A DNA stretch of 64,000 nucleotides from an uncultured Nitrososphaerota archaeon (lineage in GTDB: Archaea; Thermoproteota; EX4484-205; JAAOZO01), in contig CAYOYV010000003.1 in NCBI GenBank assembly GCA_964408285.1, forward strand, positions 64,001 to 128,000, given 5' to 3'. The translations under genes were made by a program, and so were the position numbers. Below are positions 1 to 10,165 of the stretch, one piece after another (position 1 is the first letter of the stretch; the number at the start of each line of letters is the position of its first letter). A model generated the notes under the pieces. The model was not told the DNA's origin. It saw only the letters and a list, made by a program, of their open reading frames with translations, and made no database searches.

Positions 1-1
1 G

Positions 2-316
2 TTGCATGCTTCCCTTCTAGTTGCGATAGATGTCCATACCCTCTTCTTGGATGAAGGAATCTCAATAAAAGGCCTCAAGAGGTTCAGCCATTGTATATCT
101 GAACTTAAGCGCAGGTCATCAAATCTAAGGTGCATTTTCGTCTTCAAGTCTACGCTAGCTCGTGGCACATCTTCCTTGGTAGAAGAGGCCTCACTTCAAG
201 CTGACGAGTTAACAACCTTCGACTATTCGGGCGAGAATTGCCGGAGTTGTCGCCCAAATCCTCTTCCACTTTCTTCAGACCCTCCCTCCCTAGAAGGCAT
301 TAACTCCGTCGATTAA
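2..316 (+). CDS. 5'-truncated ORF, probable C-terminus of inactivated RadA-like ATPase of the PolB2 cassette
   Basis: Runs off the window edge; LLVAIDVHTLFLDE resembles a degenerate Walker B region; sits upstream of the small helical protein and PolB2, the known gene order. Confidence 0.45.
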   Translation: MHASLLVAIDVHTLFLDEGISIKGLKRFSHCISELKRRSSNLRCIFVFKSTLARGTSSLVEEASLQADELTTFDYSGENCRSCRPNPLPLSSDPPSLEGINSVD

Positions 317-350
317 ATCTCTTCTAAAGGGAAGTTACTGGAAGGTTGAC

Positions 351-611
351 ATGGGCAGGTCGACACCAACACTTAGGGAATATCTGAGGTCTGAATTCGA
401 CAGCTGGTTCAAGATGTCGAAAGTTCTATCCGATGGAGAAAAAAGAGCACTAAAGGAGCTCTTGAACGCTGCAGTGTCTATGTCAGATGCCGGCTCTTTA
501 GTTCCAAACCCAGTTCCAAGCGAAACCACGTTCATGCTAATGCTCCTTCACTTAAAGACAAGACTCAACGATCTAGAGGCGAAGCTGGAGAAGGATATCC
601 GACTACCATAA
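351..611 (+). CDS. Small alpha-helical PolB2-associated protein (arCOG07300-like)
   Basis: MGRSTPTLR N-terminus, C-terminal coiled coil (LKTRLNDLEAKLE), directly upstream of PolB2. Confidence 0.7.
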   Translation: MGRSTPTLREYLRSEFDSWFKMSKVLSDGEKRALKELLNAAVSMSDAGSLVPNPVPSETTFMLMLLHLKTRLNDLEAKLEKDIRLP

Positions 612-644
612 GTCTCCTCTGATTAAAATGGAGATCTCCTTGGG

Positions 645-2831
645 GTGTCTTCAATGAAAGGTTGGCTTCTCGACATAAATGAAGAGGAACCTGGCATCGT
701 GGCAGTTTGGATTAGGACACAGAGTGGTGCCACGGTCAAACTTCTAGAAAAATATGAGCCATACTTCTACATCTTTGCTCCCTCTTGGAAATTGGATAGT
801 CTTTCGAATTCGATCACGAAGCCTGGTGAAGTATCGACAAGTTACGAGCCAGTTCTGACGCCTCAGGGGAAGGTGAATAGAATGTTGCTCGTGAGGACAA
901 AGAGCGACATCTCCAGAAGGAGCTTGGTGAAATCTCTGATGGAACAGGATGTTTCGCTGTTTAACGCGGACATATCCTTGGAACAACAATACCTCTTCGA
1001 AAGACACATCTTTCCCTTTGCTAGAATAGATGTCTGTTCATCCAGCAATTCAATGAATTTCAACTTGAGGGATGATATAGAATCTCTAGACTTCGATTTA
1101 CCTAGATTGAGGGAAGCAACACTCGATGTAAGAACTTCCAAGCCTTTAGGATTCGGAGAACTCATTGAGATAGGTCTTTCATTTCCGGACGGATTCTCTG
1201 TGAATTTTGATCCGAAAGACCCTGAAAGCCTAATTGAGCTCTCAGAGGAGATTCAGCGCAAAGGCGTTGATCTGCTCTTCACAGAGGGAGGAGACGGCAG
1301 AGTTTTGCCGTCCTTGATAGAAGTAGCGTCGAAACTTGGGATTCGAAATGATTTCACATTGAATAGGGATCTAAGTCCAATGTCCTTCAGGCGTGGTGGG
1401 TTCTCATATGTGAGCTATGGAACCGTTGGTTGGAAATCAAAACCTGCCCTTCTCAGGGGAAGGTATCACATAGATCTTGATAATTTCATGGCCCCCCCCG
1501 ATGGTGGTCTACAGGGTCTGTTCGAATTCTCGAGGGTGTGTAGTGTTCCAGCACAAAGGATGGCTAGAATGGGGATAGGAAGTATCATGTCAGCTTTGGA
1601 GGCATTAGTGGCATTTAGAAGGCAAATCGCAATTCCAACCAAAGAAGCTGCACCTGAACACTTCAAAAACGCTCTGTCTTTGATTAAATCCGATAGGGGC
1701 GGTTTTGTCATGAATCCAAAGCCTGGTATACACGAAGATGTTCTAGAAGTGGATTTTACCTCTCTCTATCCATCGATAATAGCTGTCAAGAACATATCCG
1801 CCGAGACCGTTGATCCCTCTCTTTCCGAAACTCCACTCGAAGTTCCGGAAATTAACTTCGGAATAACCGCAAATAGGTTTGGCATAGTCTCAGATGCTGT
1901 TGCTTTTCTGCTGAGGAGAAGAATGTCTTATCTCTCAAAGTCATCATGCGAGGATGATATATATGATGCGAGACAGAAGGCCATAAAGCTAGTACTATGC
2001 GCTGCCTTCGGGTACTTGGGTTTTAAGAAAGCAAAATTCGGTAGAGTGGACGCGCACATGGCGACAACAGCATTTGCTAGAGATATTCTACTCAAGGCCA
2101 TTAGACTGGCCGAGACTAAAGGATTCGAAGTCGTGCATGCAATAGTGGACGCCCTTTGGATAAAGGGAGGAACAGATAGAGAAAAGAATAACTTCATTTC
2201 AGAAATATCTGAAGCGATAGGAATACCTGCTAAGGCAAAAGCCAACTACAGATGGATTGCCTTCTTAAGGTCCAGGGCAAATCCTGATGTTCCCGTGCCG
2301 ACAAGGTACTTCGGAGTTTTGCGAGAGGGGAAATCAAAGATGAGGGGTATAGAAGCGAGGAGGCATGACACTCCACAATTTATAGCCGAAACTCAAATCG
2401 CCATGTTAGAAGCCATGGCTAATGTCGACCTGCCAAAAGCGTCAATGGCAGCACTCCATGTACTCACTAGAAGCATGTCGCTCCTTATGAAGGGCGAGGT
2501 TCCGATCAACTCCTTAGTCATTACTAGAAGGCTCTCAAAATCGCCATGGGAATACAGGAATAGGATCGCTCAAGCTTTAGTCGCTTGGAAAGTCAAGAAA
2601 ATGGGAATTGAGCTGATGCCGGGCATGGAACTGTCTTTCGTAATGACCGAGAATGGCCCGTCAACGTTGGATTTCATCAACGCACCACTGGATTTGCGAT
2701 TCTACAGGAAATTGCTACTGAGGGCTTCTCACTCAATACTTGAGCCTTTCCACTGGAATCCTCAAAGCATCGAATTCGAAGTTCAGCGTCATTCCCTTCT
2801 TTCACCTTTCTTGATTCCGGACAAAAGATAA
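645..2831 (+). CDS. polB2: Family B DNA polymerase, PolB2 (Dpo2) subfamily
   Basis: Motif A DFTSLYPSII, motif B KLVLCAAFGYLG, motif C altered to HAIVDAL (vs YGDTDS); no clear exonuclease motifs. Confidence 0.9.
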   Translation: MSSMKGWLLDINEEEPGIVAVWIRTQSGATVKLLEKYEPYFYIFAPSWKLDSLSNSITKPGEVSTSYEPVLTPQGKVNRMLLVRTKSDISRRSLVKSLMEQDVSLFNADISLEQQYLFERHIFPFARIDVCSSSNSMNFNLRDDIESLDFDLPRLREATLDVRTSKPLGFGELIEIGLSFPDGFSVNFDPKDPESLIELSEEIQRKGVDLLFTEGGDGRVLPSLIEVASKLGIRNDFTLNRDLSPMSFRRGGFSYVSYGTVGWKSKPALLRGRYHIDLDNFMAPPDGGLQGLFEFSRVCSVPAQRMARMGIGSIMSALEALVAFRRQIAIPTKEAAPEHFKNALSLIKSDRGGFVMNPKPGIHEDVLEVDFTSLYPSIIAVKNISAETVDPSLSETPLEVPEINFGITANRFGIVSDAVAFLLRRRMSYLSKSSCEDDIYDARQKAIKLVLCAAFGYLGFKKAKFGRVDAHMATTAFARDILLKAIRLAETKGFEVVHAIVDALWIKGGTDREKNNFISEISEAIGIPAKAKANYRWIAFLRSRANPDVPVPTRYFGVLREGKSKMRGIEARRHDTPQFIAETQIAMLEAMANVDLPKASMAALHVLTRSMSLLMKGEVPINSLVITRRLSKSPWEYRNRIAQALVAWKVKKMGIELMPGMELSFVMTENGPSTLDFINAPLDLRFYRKLLLRASHSILEPFHWNPQSIEFEVQRHSLLSPFLIPDKR

Positions 2832-2858
2832 ATCCGTTGGCGTGATGAATTCGTCAAC

Positions 2859-4109
2859 TTGCCAGAAAGGACAATGGAAGACTTCAGACCCACAGAAATC
2901 GCCGAGCAGTATGGAACGCCTACGTATGTCATGAATCTGGACATTGTCAGGGACAACTTCAAAGGGCTGGAGAAATCAATAACAAAAGTCGCCCGGGAAT
3001 CAAAGCTGTTCTATGCAGTTAAGGCGAATCCGCTATTGTCCATTCTGACCGCGATAAGGAACATGGGCGGTGGGGCTGAGGTTGTGTCAAGAGGGGAGAT
3101 CGAAGCCGCAGTTCGGGCCGGTTTCAGGGGAGATGATATGATATTCAATGGTCCGGGGAAGACTCGTGGTGAAATAGAAAGGGCACTTGGACTGGGAGTA
3201 TATTCCATCAATGTTGAATCGTTGGAGGAGCTAGTGGAGACAGAGAAGATTGCTAAGGCCCTTTCTACTCGATGCAGGGTCGGATTCAGGATAAATCCAG
3301 GTCTCTTGGTGAGAACTCATAAGTACCTTGCAGTGGCTTCCAGAGGAAGCAAGTTCGGCCTAGACCCCAGAAATTACGTTAGGGCCCTCGAAGCAGCATC
3401 CCGGAGTGATTACCTCAGGCCGGTCGGCATACATATGCACATTGGTTCGCAAATATCCCTTATTTCAGAATTCAAAAGGGCCTTTGGAATTGCGATGCAC
3501 TTCGTCAGGGTCTTTGAGGATATGATTGGCGAGGCCCCGGATTTCATTGACCTAGGCGGAGGCATTGCCTTGAACTACAAGACCGGCAGGCCATCAATTG
3601 CGTGGGATAGGATATCAAGCGAAGCCATATCCGAACTCACTGAGTCCCACGCATGGCCAAGGGGAGCCAAACTCCTTATGGAACCAGGAAGGGCAATAGT
3701 CGGAAACGCCGGAATACTCCTGACGAGGGTTCTCTACGTTAAGGAATCGACAAGAACGAACTGGGCGATCACGGATGCTGGTATGAACTGCCTCATGAGA
3801 ACGGCCCTCTATGGAACCAAACATAGGATAGCTAGTCTAGCTGGGAAACGCGGAAAGCGGACAGCATACATGATCGGAGGTCCGATTTGTGAGTCCGGAG
3901 ACACTTTTGGGAGGTATTTCTTGCCAGCTCTAGCAAGGGGAGATCTCCTTGCAATCCTTGACGCAGGAGCCTATGGCTCGTCTATGTCAAGCAACTACAA
4001 TGGCCAACCTAGACCTGCAACTGTGGTCGTTGATTCTGGTTCTTTTCGAATGGCAGAAAGGAGAGAAGACTTGGAGGATCTCTTCATAAGGCAGATCGGG
4101 CCTCAATGA
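2859..4109 (+). CDS. lysA: Diaminopimelate decarboxylase
   Basis: YAVKAN PLP lysine, SKFG, HMHIGSQ, DLGGG, EPGRAIV, GPICESGD, GAYGSSMSSNYN. Confidence 0.9.
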   Translation: MPERTMEDFRPTEIAEQYGTPTYVMNLDIVRDNFKGLEKSITKVARESKLFYAVKANPLLSILTAIRNMGGGAEVVSRGEIEAAVRAGFRGDDMIFNGPGKTRGEIERALGLGVYSINVESLEELVETEKIAKALSTRCRVGFRINPGLLVRTHKYLAVASRGSKFGLDPRNYVRALEAASRSDYLRPVGIHMHIGSQISLISEFKRAFGIAMHFVRVFEDMIGEAPDFIDLGGGIALNYKTGRPSIAWDRISSEAISELTESHAWPRGAKLLMEPGRAIVGNAGILLTRVLYVKESTRTNWAITDAGMNCLMRTALYGTKHRIASLAGKRGKRTAYMIGGPICESGDTFGRYFLPALARGDLLAILDAGAYGSSMSSNYNGQPRPATVVVDSGSFRMAERREDLEDLFIRQIGPQ

Positions 4110-4113
4110 TGTC

Positions 4114-5226
4114 TTATGGTCTCAGAACAACAATCGGTTGCCCCAGCTTCTTCTTTTTTGGACTGAGATCTCCTAACCCTGGCGAATCTTGGACCCCTCT
4201 TTCGCCATGGTCAGTCCATGCAGCTCCGTGATCCAGCAAGTCCTCCTCCAACATCAGATCAGAGTCTAGATCAGCGAATCGCACGGCCTCAGAACCGAGG
4301 GCGAAATGGACTCCGGCGGCTATGCTTATTCCACTTTCATTATAGCAACCCACCATGCAACCAATTCCCTCTGCCTCACAAACAGCTGCGATTTTCAGCG
4401 CTCCGTATGTGCCAGCACTCTTCATGAGCTTGATGTTGATGAACTCGCAAGCATCAGCCCTGATTGCCGCCATGGCGTTCCTTTCATCTACAATGTCCTC
4501 ATCCAGCATAATCGGCACGTGTGTTCTTTTCCTGAGAAGAGCCAAGTCCTGAAGATGGCCTCTCGGGATTGGCTGCTCCACGAATTGGACGTTAGTGTAT
4601 TTCTCAAGAAGTCTCATCATCTCGAGGGCCTGACTTACATCGTATCCTTGGTTACAGTCCACTCTCATCTTCACGGTGTCTCCGATTGCCTCGTGAACTA
4701 GGTCGATCCTTTCGGCGTCACGGTTCAGATCCTCTCCGATCTTCACTTTTATTGCAGTGAACCCCTCTGCCACTTTCTCACTCGCCTCTTTTGCCATCTG
4801 GATCGGATGATCGATGCCTATTGTGTAGCTCGTCTCAATCCTTTCCTTGTTGCCTCCCAGAAACCTGTAGACTGGGACCTTTAGCTGCTTGCATAGGATA
4901 TCGTGAAGCGCTTGATCGATTGAGGCTTTTGCTGACCTTCCCCTCTCGACAGTCGGGACCGTTCTTGTGAGCAATTGACCATACTCTGAAACGTCTTTTC
5001 CAATCAGCCTCCTTAGCAGTGGCTCAAAAAGCTCCTCGATGCTTTCGGATGTTTCCCCAAGTACTCTGAGGGAAGGGCTTGCCTCTCCCCAGCCTACATT
5101 GCCCTCAGAATCAGTGAGCTTGACTATGAAATTCGTTGTGCTTTTTCTACTGTCCAGGGCTGTCCTGAACTCCTTTCTAGATGCTACACATACCTTGAAA
5201 ACTTCGGCCAACGATATTCTCGGCAT
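4114..5226 (-). CDS. Dipeptide epimerase (L-Ala-D/L-Glu epimerase/YkfB-like), enolase superfamily
   Basis: GWGEA, KVKIG, DCNQGY, VEQP, LDED, NIKLMK and C-terminal DLD motif. Confidence 0.85.
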   Translation of the reverse strand: MPRISLAEVFKVCVASRKEFRTALDSRKSTTNFIVKLTDSEGNVGWGEASPSLRVLGETSESIEELFEPLLRRLIGKDVSEYGQLLTRTVPTVERGRSAKASIDQALHDILCKQLKVPVYRFLGGNKERIETSYTIGIDHPIQMAKEASEKVAEGFTAIKVKIGEDLNRDAERIDLVHEAIGDTVKMRVDCNQGYDVSQALEMMRLLEKYTNVQFVEQPIPRGHLQDLALLRKRTHVPIMLDEDIVDERNAMAAIRADACEFINIKLMKSAGTYGALKIAAVCEAEGIGCMVGCYNESGISIAAGVHFALGSEAVRFADLDSDLMLEEDLLDHGAAWTDHGERGVQDSPGLGDLSPKKKKLGQPIVVLRP

Positions 5227-5298
5227 TGACTAGATCCATCGAATGCCCAATAAAAACAATTTCTGAATGGGCCGATGTGAATTCCGTTCGACCATCTA

Positions 5299-6612
5299 CT
5301 AGGTGGCGATTCTCTGCCCCATAACAGGAATTCGGACGTCCGCACCGAGATCGCTCACATATTTGGCAAAGGCCGCTGGATGTTCGCCATGCATTGGCAC
5401 GACGACTCTGGGTCTGACTTCCTTCACAAGTCTCCTTAGATCAATTGGCATCGCATGGCCGGATACATGTATGCCATAGACTCCCATTCCGAGCGCATCA
5501 AGCCAGTTTGTCAACCTTTCATAATCAAGTTCCATTTCCTCATTGAATGGCTCAGAGGATGAGAAGACAAAGATGCTTCCCGCTTTGGGCCCTATTCTCA
5601 TCACTCCCTGCAGCTCGCTTGTAGGGACTACAAGCAAGTTGTCTCTTTGGTGTGATGATATCTCTGATAGGGCCACTGTTCCCCACTTGCGACAAACTCT
5701 TTCCTCCCACTGCTGTACCTTGACCCTTTCTCTTTCCAATACACACACCCCGTCGCGAGGACCAGGAAGTCTGAGAGTCGAGTCAGATGAGATTCTGTCA
5801 AGAAGATAGGCCCTCCTCGCAGAGATCACAAGCTTTCTGTTGGCCTGCCTTGCAGCTCTGTAAAATGATCTATATCTATCAACATCTGCGAGCGCGAAAT
5901 CCCCAACAATCAGGGATGGGCACTCTGCAACGACCGAGGACAATTTCCTTTGAACTTCGCTCTCAGATGATACTTCTCCATCGGCGATATTCGTGTGTTC
6001 CACCAAGAGCATATCCGGCCTGTCTTTCTTCATTGCGTCTATGAAATCCAGGGTCATGTCAGATCTAGGTCCATGAATTCTGAAGTCGCCTGAGTACGCG
6101 ATTATGGATGACGGCGTCCTTATGATGAAACCGTAAGCGCCAGGGATTGAGTGATCGACATGTATTGGACTTATCTCTATGGAGTCAAACACGACGGAAT
6201 CTCCGGTGTGGAATTTCTTGATCGCTTTGCCTCCAATGTAGAATTCCATTTCCTTTCGTGAGATGTCTTTGTAAGCTTCAAGTATCAACTGAGAAGCCTC
6301 GCCCGCATAAATAGGTATGTCGTCTCTGAGCAGCCCGATATGCCCTGCGTGGTCTCTGTGGGCGTGTGATAGGAGAACAGCGCTGAATGGCTTTGGTCCT
6401 TCTTTCGAATAGGCGCCCGGAATATCAGGCAATATCCCCAGTTCCAGCATAACCCTCAGATCTCGTGGCTTTAGGAAAGGATCCGTGAAGAATTTGCCCC
6501 TCTGCCTGTATGACAGCCCGAAGTCGATCATTATTGACGATTCTTCGTCTCTCAACAGAAACTTGTTCCCGCCGACCTCATCAATGCCACCGTAGGCCAC
6601 TATCGAAGCCAA
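5299..6612 (-). CDS. RNase J-like metallo-beta-lactamase/beta-CASP hydrolase
   Basis: GGIDEVGGN, SHAHRDH, VDHSIPGA, YSGDFR, HVSGHA, PMHGEH. Confidence 0.8.
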   Translation of the reverse strand: MASIVAYGGIDEVGGNKFLLRDEESSIMIDFGLSYRQRGKFFTDPFLKPRDLRVMLELGILPDIPGAYSKEGPKPFSAVLLSHAHRDHAGHIGLLRDDIPIYAGEASQLILEAYKDISRKEMEFYIGGKAIKKFHTGDSVVFDSIEISPIHVDHSIPGAYGFIIRTPSSIIAYSGDFRIHGPRSDMTLDFIDAMKKDRPDMLLVEHTNIADGEVSSESEVQRKLSSVVAECPSLIVGDFALADVDRYRSFYRAARQANRKLVISARRAYLLDRISSDSTLRLPGPRDGVCVLERERVKVQQWEERVCRKWGTVALSEISSHQRDNLLVVPTSELQGVMRIGPKAGSIFVFSSSEPFNEEMELDYERLTNWLDALGMGVYGIHVSGHAMPIDLRRLVKEVRPRVVVPMHGEHPAAFAKYVSDLGADVRIPVMGQRIAT

Positions 6613-6704
6613 TCTGCCATTGTCTTCGCACCTCTGCTAATATCGATTTCCTCTCCCCTCTCGCGGAAACGCTTTTCTAGTCAAGCCAAATCCAGCTATA
6701 TGTC

Positions 6705-7451
6705 ATGGCGAGTTTCACATTTATGGAGAAGAAAAGGGTTCAAGATGGAAGCCTTGTGTTGGATGGACTGCCCGATACGGGCCTTGTTGGGACTATAGCT
6801 GCCCTCCACCTTGTCAGGGCTAAGGGCATGTCCCCCATGGTGAGGATAGATTCCGATCTATTGCCTCCTGTCGCAATCGTGAAGGAAATGAATCTTTTCG
6901 AACCACTCATGATATACAGCTCTGATGGCGTTTCAGTAATAGCCTCTGAGATCCCGATTCCCACGGAAATCACGAAACCTTTTGCGAGAGAATTGGTGGT
7001 CTGGATCAAGGATCATCGCTGCAGGGCCGTAATTTCGATTGGTGGAATCCCAGAACCCGCCAGATCGGAGATTGAGGAACCAGAGGTGTTCTATCTGACG
7101 AACTCGACTGAGGCATTCTCAGCCACGATAGATCTGGGAAAGACCAAGCAATTGGATTCGGCATTCCTAGTTGGTCCAAAGGCTGCCTTCTTGCTGGAGT
7201 GTTTCAGGGAGGAGATACCAACGATTGGCCTATTCGCTCAATCGTTTCCGAATTACCCAGATCCGGGTGCAGCAGCATCTGCACTCACCCTGCTAAGGCG
7301 CTCAAACGTTTTCCAAGTCGATCTTGAGGAACTGGTGAAATCCGGCGAAGAGATGCGCGTGAGGTTCAGGGATCTCATGAGGAGAACAATGGGAGAGATG
7401 GAGAGAGCTCAGAAATCGAGGGAAATGGAGTCTCCCTCGCTTCTGGTGTGA
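6705..7451 (+). CDS. Proteasome assembly chaperone PAC2 family protein
   Basis: GLPDTGLVGTIAA, ISIGGI, PNYPDPGAAA, VDLEEL motifs. Confidence 0.85.
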   Translation: MASFTFMEKKRVQDGSLVLDGLPDTGLVGTIAALHLVRAKGMSPMVRIDSDLLPPVAIVKEMNLFEPLMIYSSDGVSVIASEIPIPTEITKPFARELVVWIKDHRCRAVISIGGIPEPARSEIEEPEVFYLTNSTEAFSATIDLGKTKQLDSAFLVGPKAAFLLECFREEIPTIGLFAQSFPNYPDPGAAASALTLLRRSNVFQVDLEELVKSGEEMRVRFRDLMRRTMGEMERAQKSREMESPSLLV

Positions 7452-7462
7452 GGTGATCCAGA

Positions 7463-7882
7463 ATGTCCCTTGGCTTTTCAGACGAATTCGACGAGAGATT
7501 CAGGAGGCTAATCTTGGAGGCTAGGAGAACAGAAGAGAGGATGGCAAGGGCTCTGAAGGAATTCGAGCGCTCAGAGAGATGCGTAGTCCCCCTACATGAG
7601 CTGAGGCCAACAACCGATGGATACACATTGACAGTGGATTTGCCCGGTGTGCAGAAGGATGAGGTAGGCCTAACGTTGGAGGGCACCTCATTGTTCATGA
7701 CAGCTCCCTGCAAATCCATTACAGAGAAGAGGAGAAGACATGCAAAAGAACTGAACTACATAATCGAGATATCTCTCCCCGGTGATGTCGACACCAAGAC
7801 CATCAAGGCCACAATGCGGAATGGTTTACTGAGACTAGAAATGAAAAAACGCATAGGGGGTTACAAGATAAGGATAGATTAG
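7463..7882 (+). CDS. Small heat shock protein (Hsp20/alpha-crystallin)
   Basis: TVDLPGVQKDEV, LPGDVDTKTIKATMRNGLLRL, terminal IRID (IXI) motif. Confidence 0.85.
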   Translation: MSLGFSDEFDERFRRLILEARRTEERMARALKEFERSERCVVPLHELRPTTDGYTLTVDLPGVQKDEVGLTLEGTSLFMTAPCKSITEKRRRHAKELNYIIEISLPGDVDTKTIKATMRNGLLRLEMKKRIGGYKIRID

Positions 7883-7890
7883 AATACCAC

Positions 7891-9183
7891 ATGACAGGCC
7901 AGTCAAAGCTCCTCCCCGGTCTGGGTCCAGTCAGGAAGCTGAGTGGTGAGCCTTCAATATGCTTACTGTGTAGAGGTTCGAAGCTCCTTTGCGGGAAGCC
8001 AGCTTGCCCAGCACTGATGAGGGCTAACAGCATCGCAAGGCTCAATCTCACACGTTCCTCCCTGGAAGTTGAGGGTTCCTCTCCCCCTAGCGTTTTCGTT
8101 GGAAGAATGGGTTATCCTAGGGTGAGCATTGGACCAATGGTCCCACCATTGTCCGGAGACACGTCGCACATGAATGATCCTTCTCTCTGGTATAGGATGC
8201 AGATATCCGAATTCGTGCAAATGATCACCTCTCTTTTCAGAGGAACCTTTCCAGCGACCGTGAACAAACCGGAAGAGGGAGGAAGGTTGCTCCAAGAGCT
8301 CCAGGAATTGGCGCTCTCATCGAGATCTCCTGATACAGATGTGATCTTCTCAAGACCCCTGAGTGCTGGGATATCACTCAGCTCCGACGTTCAACCTTTT
8401 GGACCCTCTGCTCCATTAAGCAAGATGCAGGTCTCAGGGACAAGGTCGAATCTGAAGCTTGAAAGGGCGTTCTATGATGAGGATCTCAAGGCAGCAGACG
8501 CCATGTGGAATATATATCGGAGTGGAGAACCCGTGCAATCGATCCAGAGGGTACTAAGCCTAGCTATGCTTGGAGTTGCGAATAATAGGAGGCTCGTCCC
8601 GACAAGATGGAGCATAACGGCAGTCGATGATACTTTGGGAAAAAGGCTAAGAGATAGAGTGATAAGATATGAGCAGTTAGGGGAATTCCGCCTGCATTAC
8701 TCGAGAAGCATGGGGAATCTTTACGCAGTGTTGCTGGTGCCAGGCTTCTGGAGCTATGAGTTGATGGAGATATTTCACAGTGGTTCGGTATGGAATCCCT
8801 CGGGAGGCGAAGTCGCCATAGCAGGAGACTGTGAGGGGACCAAAGAACGTTCCTCGTACGCTTCAATAGGTGGCTGCTATTATTCTGCAAGGCTGGCAGT
8901 CCTAGAGCATCTTGATGCCATACGGAAGTGCGCTACTGTCATAGTGATAAGGGAAGCATTGCCGAGCTATCTGCTGCCTGTTGGTGTTTGGACTGTGAGA
9001 GAAGGGATAAGAGACGCAATGAGATCCAAACCTCAGACGTTTTCGGACATGAAATCATCCCTGTCTGCCCTTTCAGAGCTGACGAAGGCAAGTATGGCAA
9101 TTATTATCGAGGAATCCAGTCTGTTGAGAAGGATGATATATCAGAGTAGACTGACACGATTCCTCATGGGAGACTCCTCCTGA
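7891..9183 (+). CDS. nreA: Nre family DNA repair protein
   Basis: CLLCRGSKLLCGKPACP Zn finger, GSSPPSVFVGRMGYP, RRLVPTRWSITAVDD, C-terminal PIP-like QSRLTRFL. Confidence 0.9.
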   Translation: MTGQSKLLPGLGPVRKLSGEPSICLLCRGSKLLCGKPACPALMRANSIARLNLTRSSLEVEGSSPPSVFVGRMGYPRVSIGPMVPPLSGDTSHMNDPSLWYRMQISEFVQMITSLFRGTFPATVNKPEEGGRLLQELQELALSSRSPDTDVIFSRPLSAGISLSSDVQPFGPSAPLSKMQVSGTRSNLKLERAFYDEDLKAADAMWNIYRSGEPVQSIQRVLSLAMLGVANNRRLVPTRWSITAVDDTLGKRLRDRVIRYEQLGEFRLHYSRSMGNLYAVLLVPGFWSYELMEIFHSGSVWNPSGGEVAIAGDCEGTKERSSYASIGGCYYSARLAVLEHLDAIRKCATVIVIREALPSYLLPVGVWTVREGIRDAMRSKPQTFSDMKSSLSALSELTKASMAIIIEESSLLRRMIYQSRLTRFLMGDSS

Positions 9184-9320
9184 AGCGCGTCTTGGGAATG
9201 GGGTTCAGGGACAGATGGAAGGGGATCAGTCCGCATCCTTCACCGAGCCGAGCTCATACGTAGAATCACTTCATGGTGAATCATTATAAAGCATCAAACG
9301 CAACTCTTCGAGGGGAATCA

Positions 9321-10145
9321 ATGGAAGAGGAACCAGTGTCTTTCACGAATGAGGGAGAGAAGCTGTCTGGGATGTTCCATTTGCCAGAAAAAACGCCTGC
9401 CCCTTCTATAGTATATTGCCCTGGTTTCACCGGGCACAAGATCGAGGCCCACAGGCTATTTGTCCATGCGGCGAGATACATGGCTAGAGCAGGTTTCCTA
9501 GTTCTTCGCTTTGATTTCAGGGGATCTGGAGAAAGCGAGGGGATGTTCGAATCAATGACCGTTTCTGGCGAAATAAGCGATCTCAAAAAAGCTATAACCC
9601 TCACACTTGGCAGAAAAGAAGCCCAGGGTAAGAAGGTAGGAGTGCTCGGACTGAGTCTCGGCGCAGCGGTTTCTATTCTGACAGCGGCCGACGATGATAG
9701 AATAGGAGCCGTCTGCTCGTGGTCTGGTCCGGCGAGTTTCAATGCATCCTTCCAAGCCGCCGAATCAATCATGGGCAGGCCGATCAACATGGCCAATCTG
9801 AGTCAAATGGACTACATCGATATGCCTAGCGGATACAGGCTCGGCAGAGCATTCCTGTTGGATATCATGAAGCATGATGTCTCGGGTAGTTGTGCCAGAA
9901 TCTCTCCTAGACCTATTCTCATAGTACATGGAACACTAGATCAGCTTGTGCCTGTTCAGGATGCGGAAAGGCTGTTCCTATCAGCTAGAGAACCGAAGGA
10001 GAAAATACTCATACATGAAGCAGATCATACGTACAATCGGATTGATTGGCAATCGGAGGTGATTGAACGCACTACCGAGTGGTTTAACCGAACGTTGACC
10101 TCGGGCAAAGGGAGCTTGATTGGCAAGAACGATTCCACGACCTGA
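9321..10145 (+). CDS. Alpha/beta-fold serine hydrolase
   Basis: RFDFRGSGESEG, GLSLG nucleophile, HGTLD, ADH triad; start set at ATG 9321 downstream of TTATAAA. Confidence 0.85.
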   Translation: MEEEPVSFTNEGEKLSGMFHLPEKTPAPSIVYCPGFTGHKIEAHRLFVHAARYMARAGFLVLRFDFRGSGESEGMFESMTVSGEISDLKKAITLTLGRKEAQGKKVGVLGLSLGAAVSILTAADDDRIGAVCSWSGPASFNASFQAAESIMGRPINMANLSQMDYIDMPSGYRLGRAFLLDIMKHDVSGSCARISPRPILIVHGTLDQLVPVQDAERLFLSAREPKEKILIHEADHTYNRIDWQSEVIERTTEWFNRTLTSGKGSLIGKNDSTT

Positions 10146-10165
10146 GTTCCTTTGCCAGTATTCAA

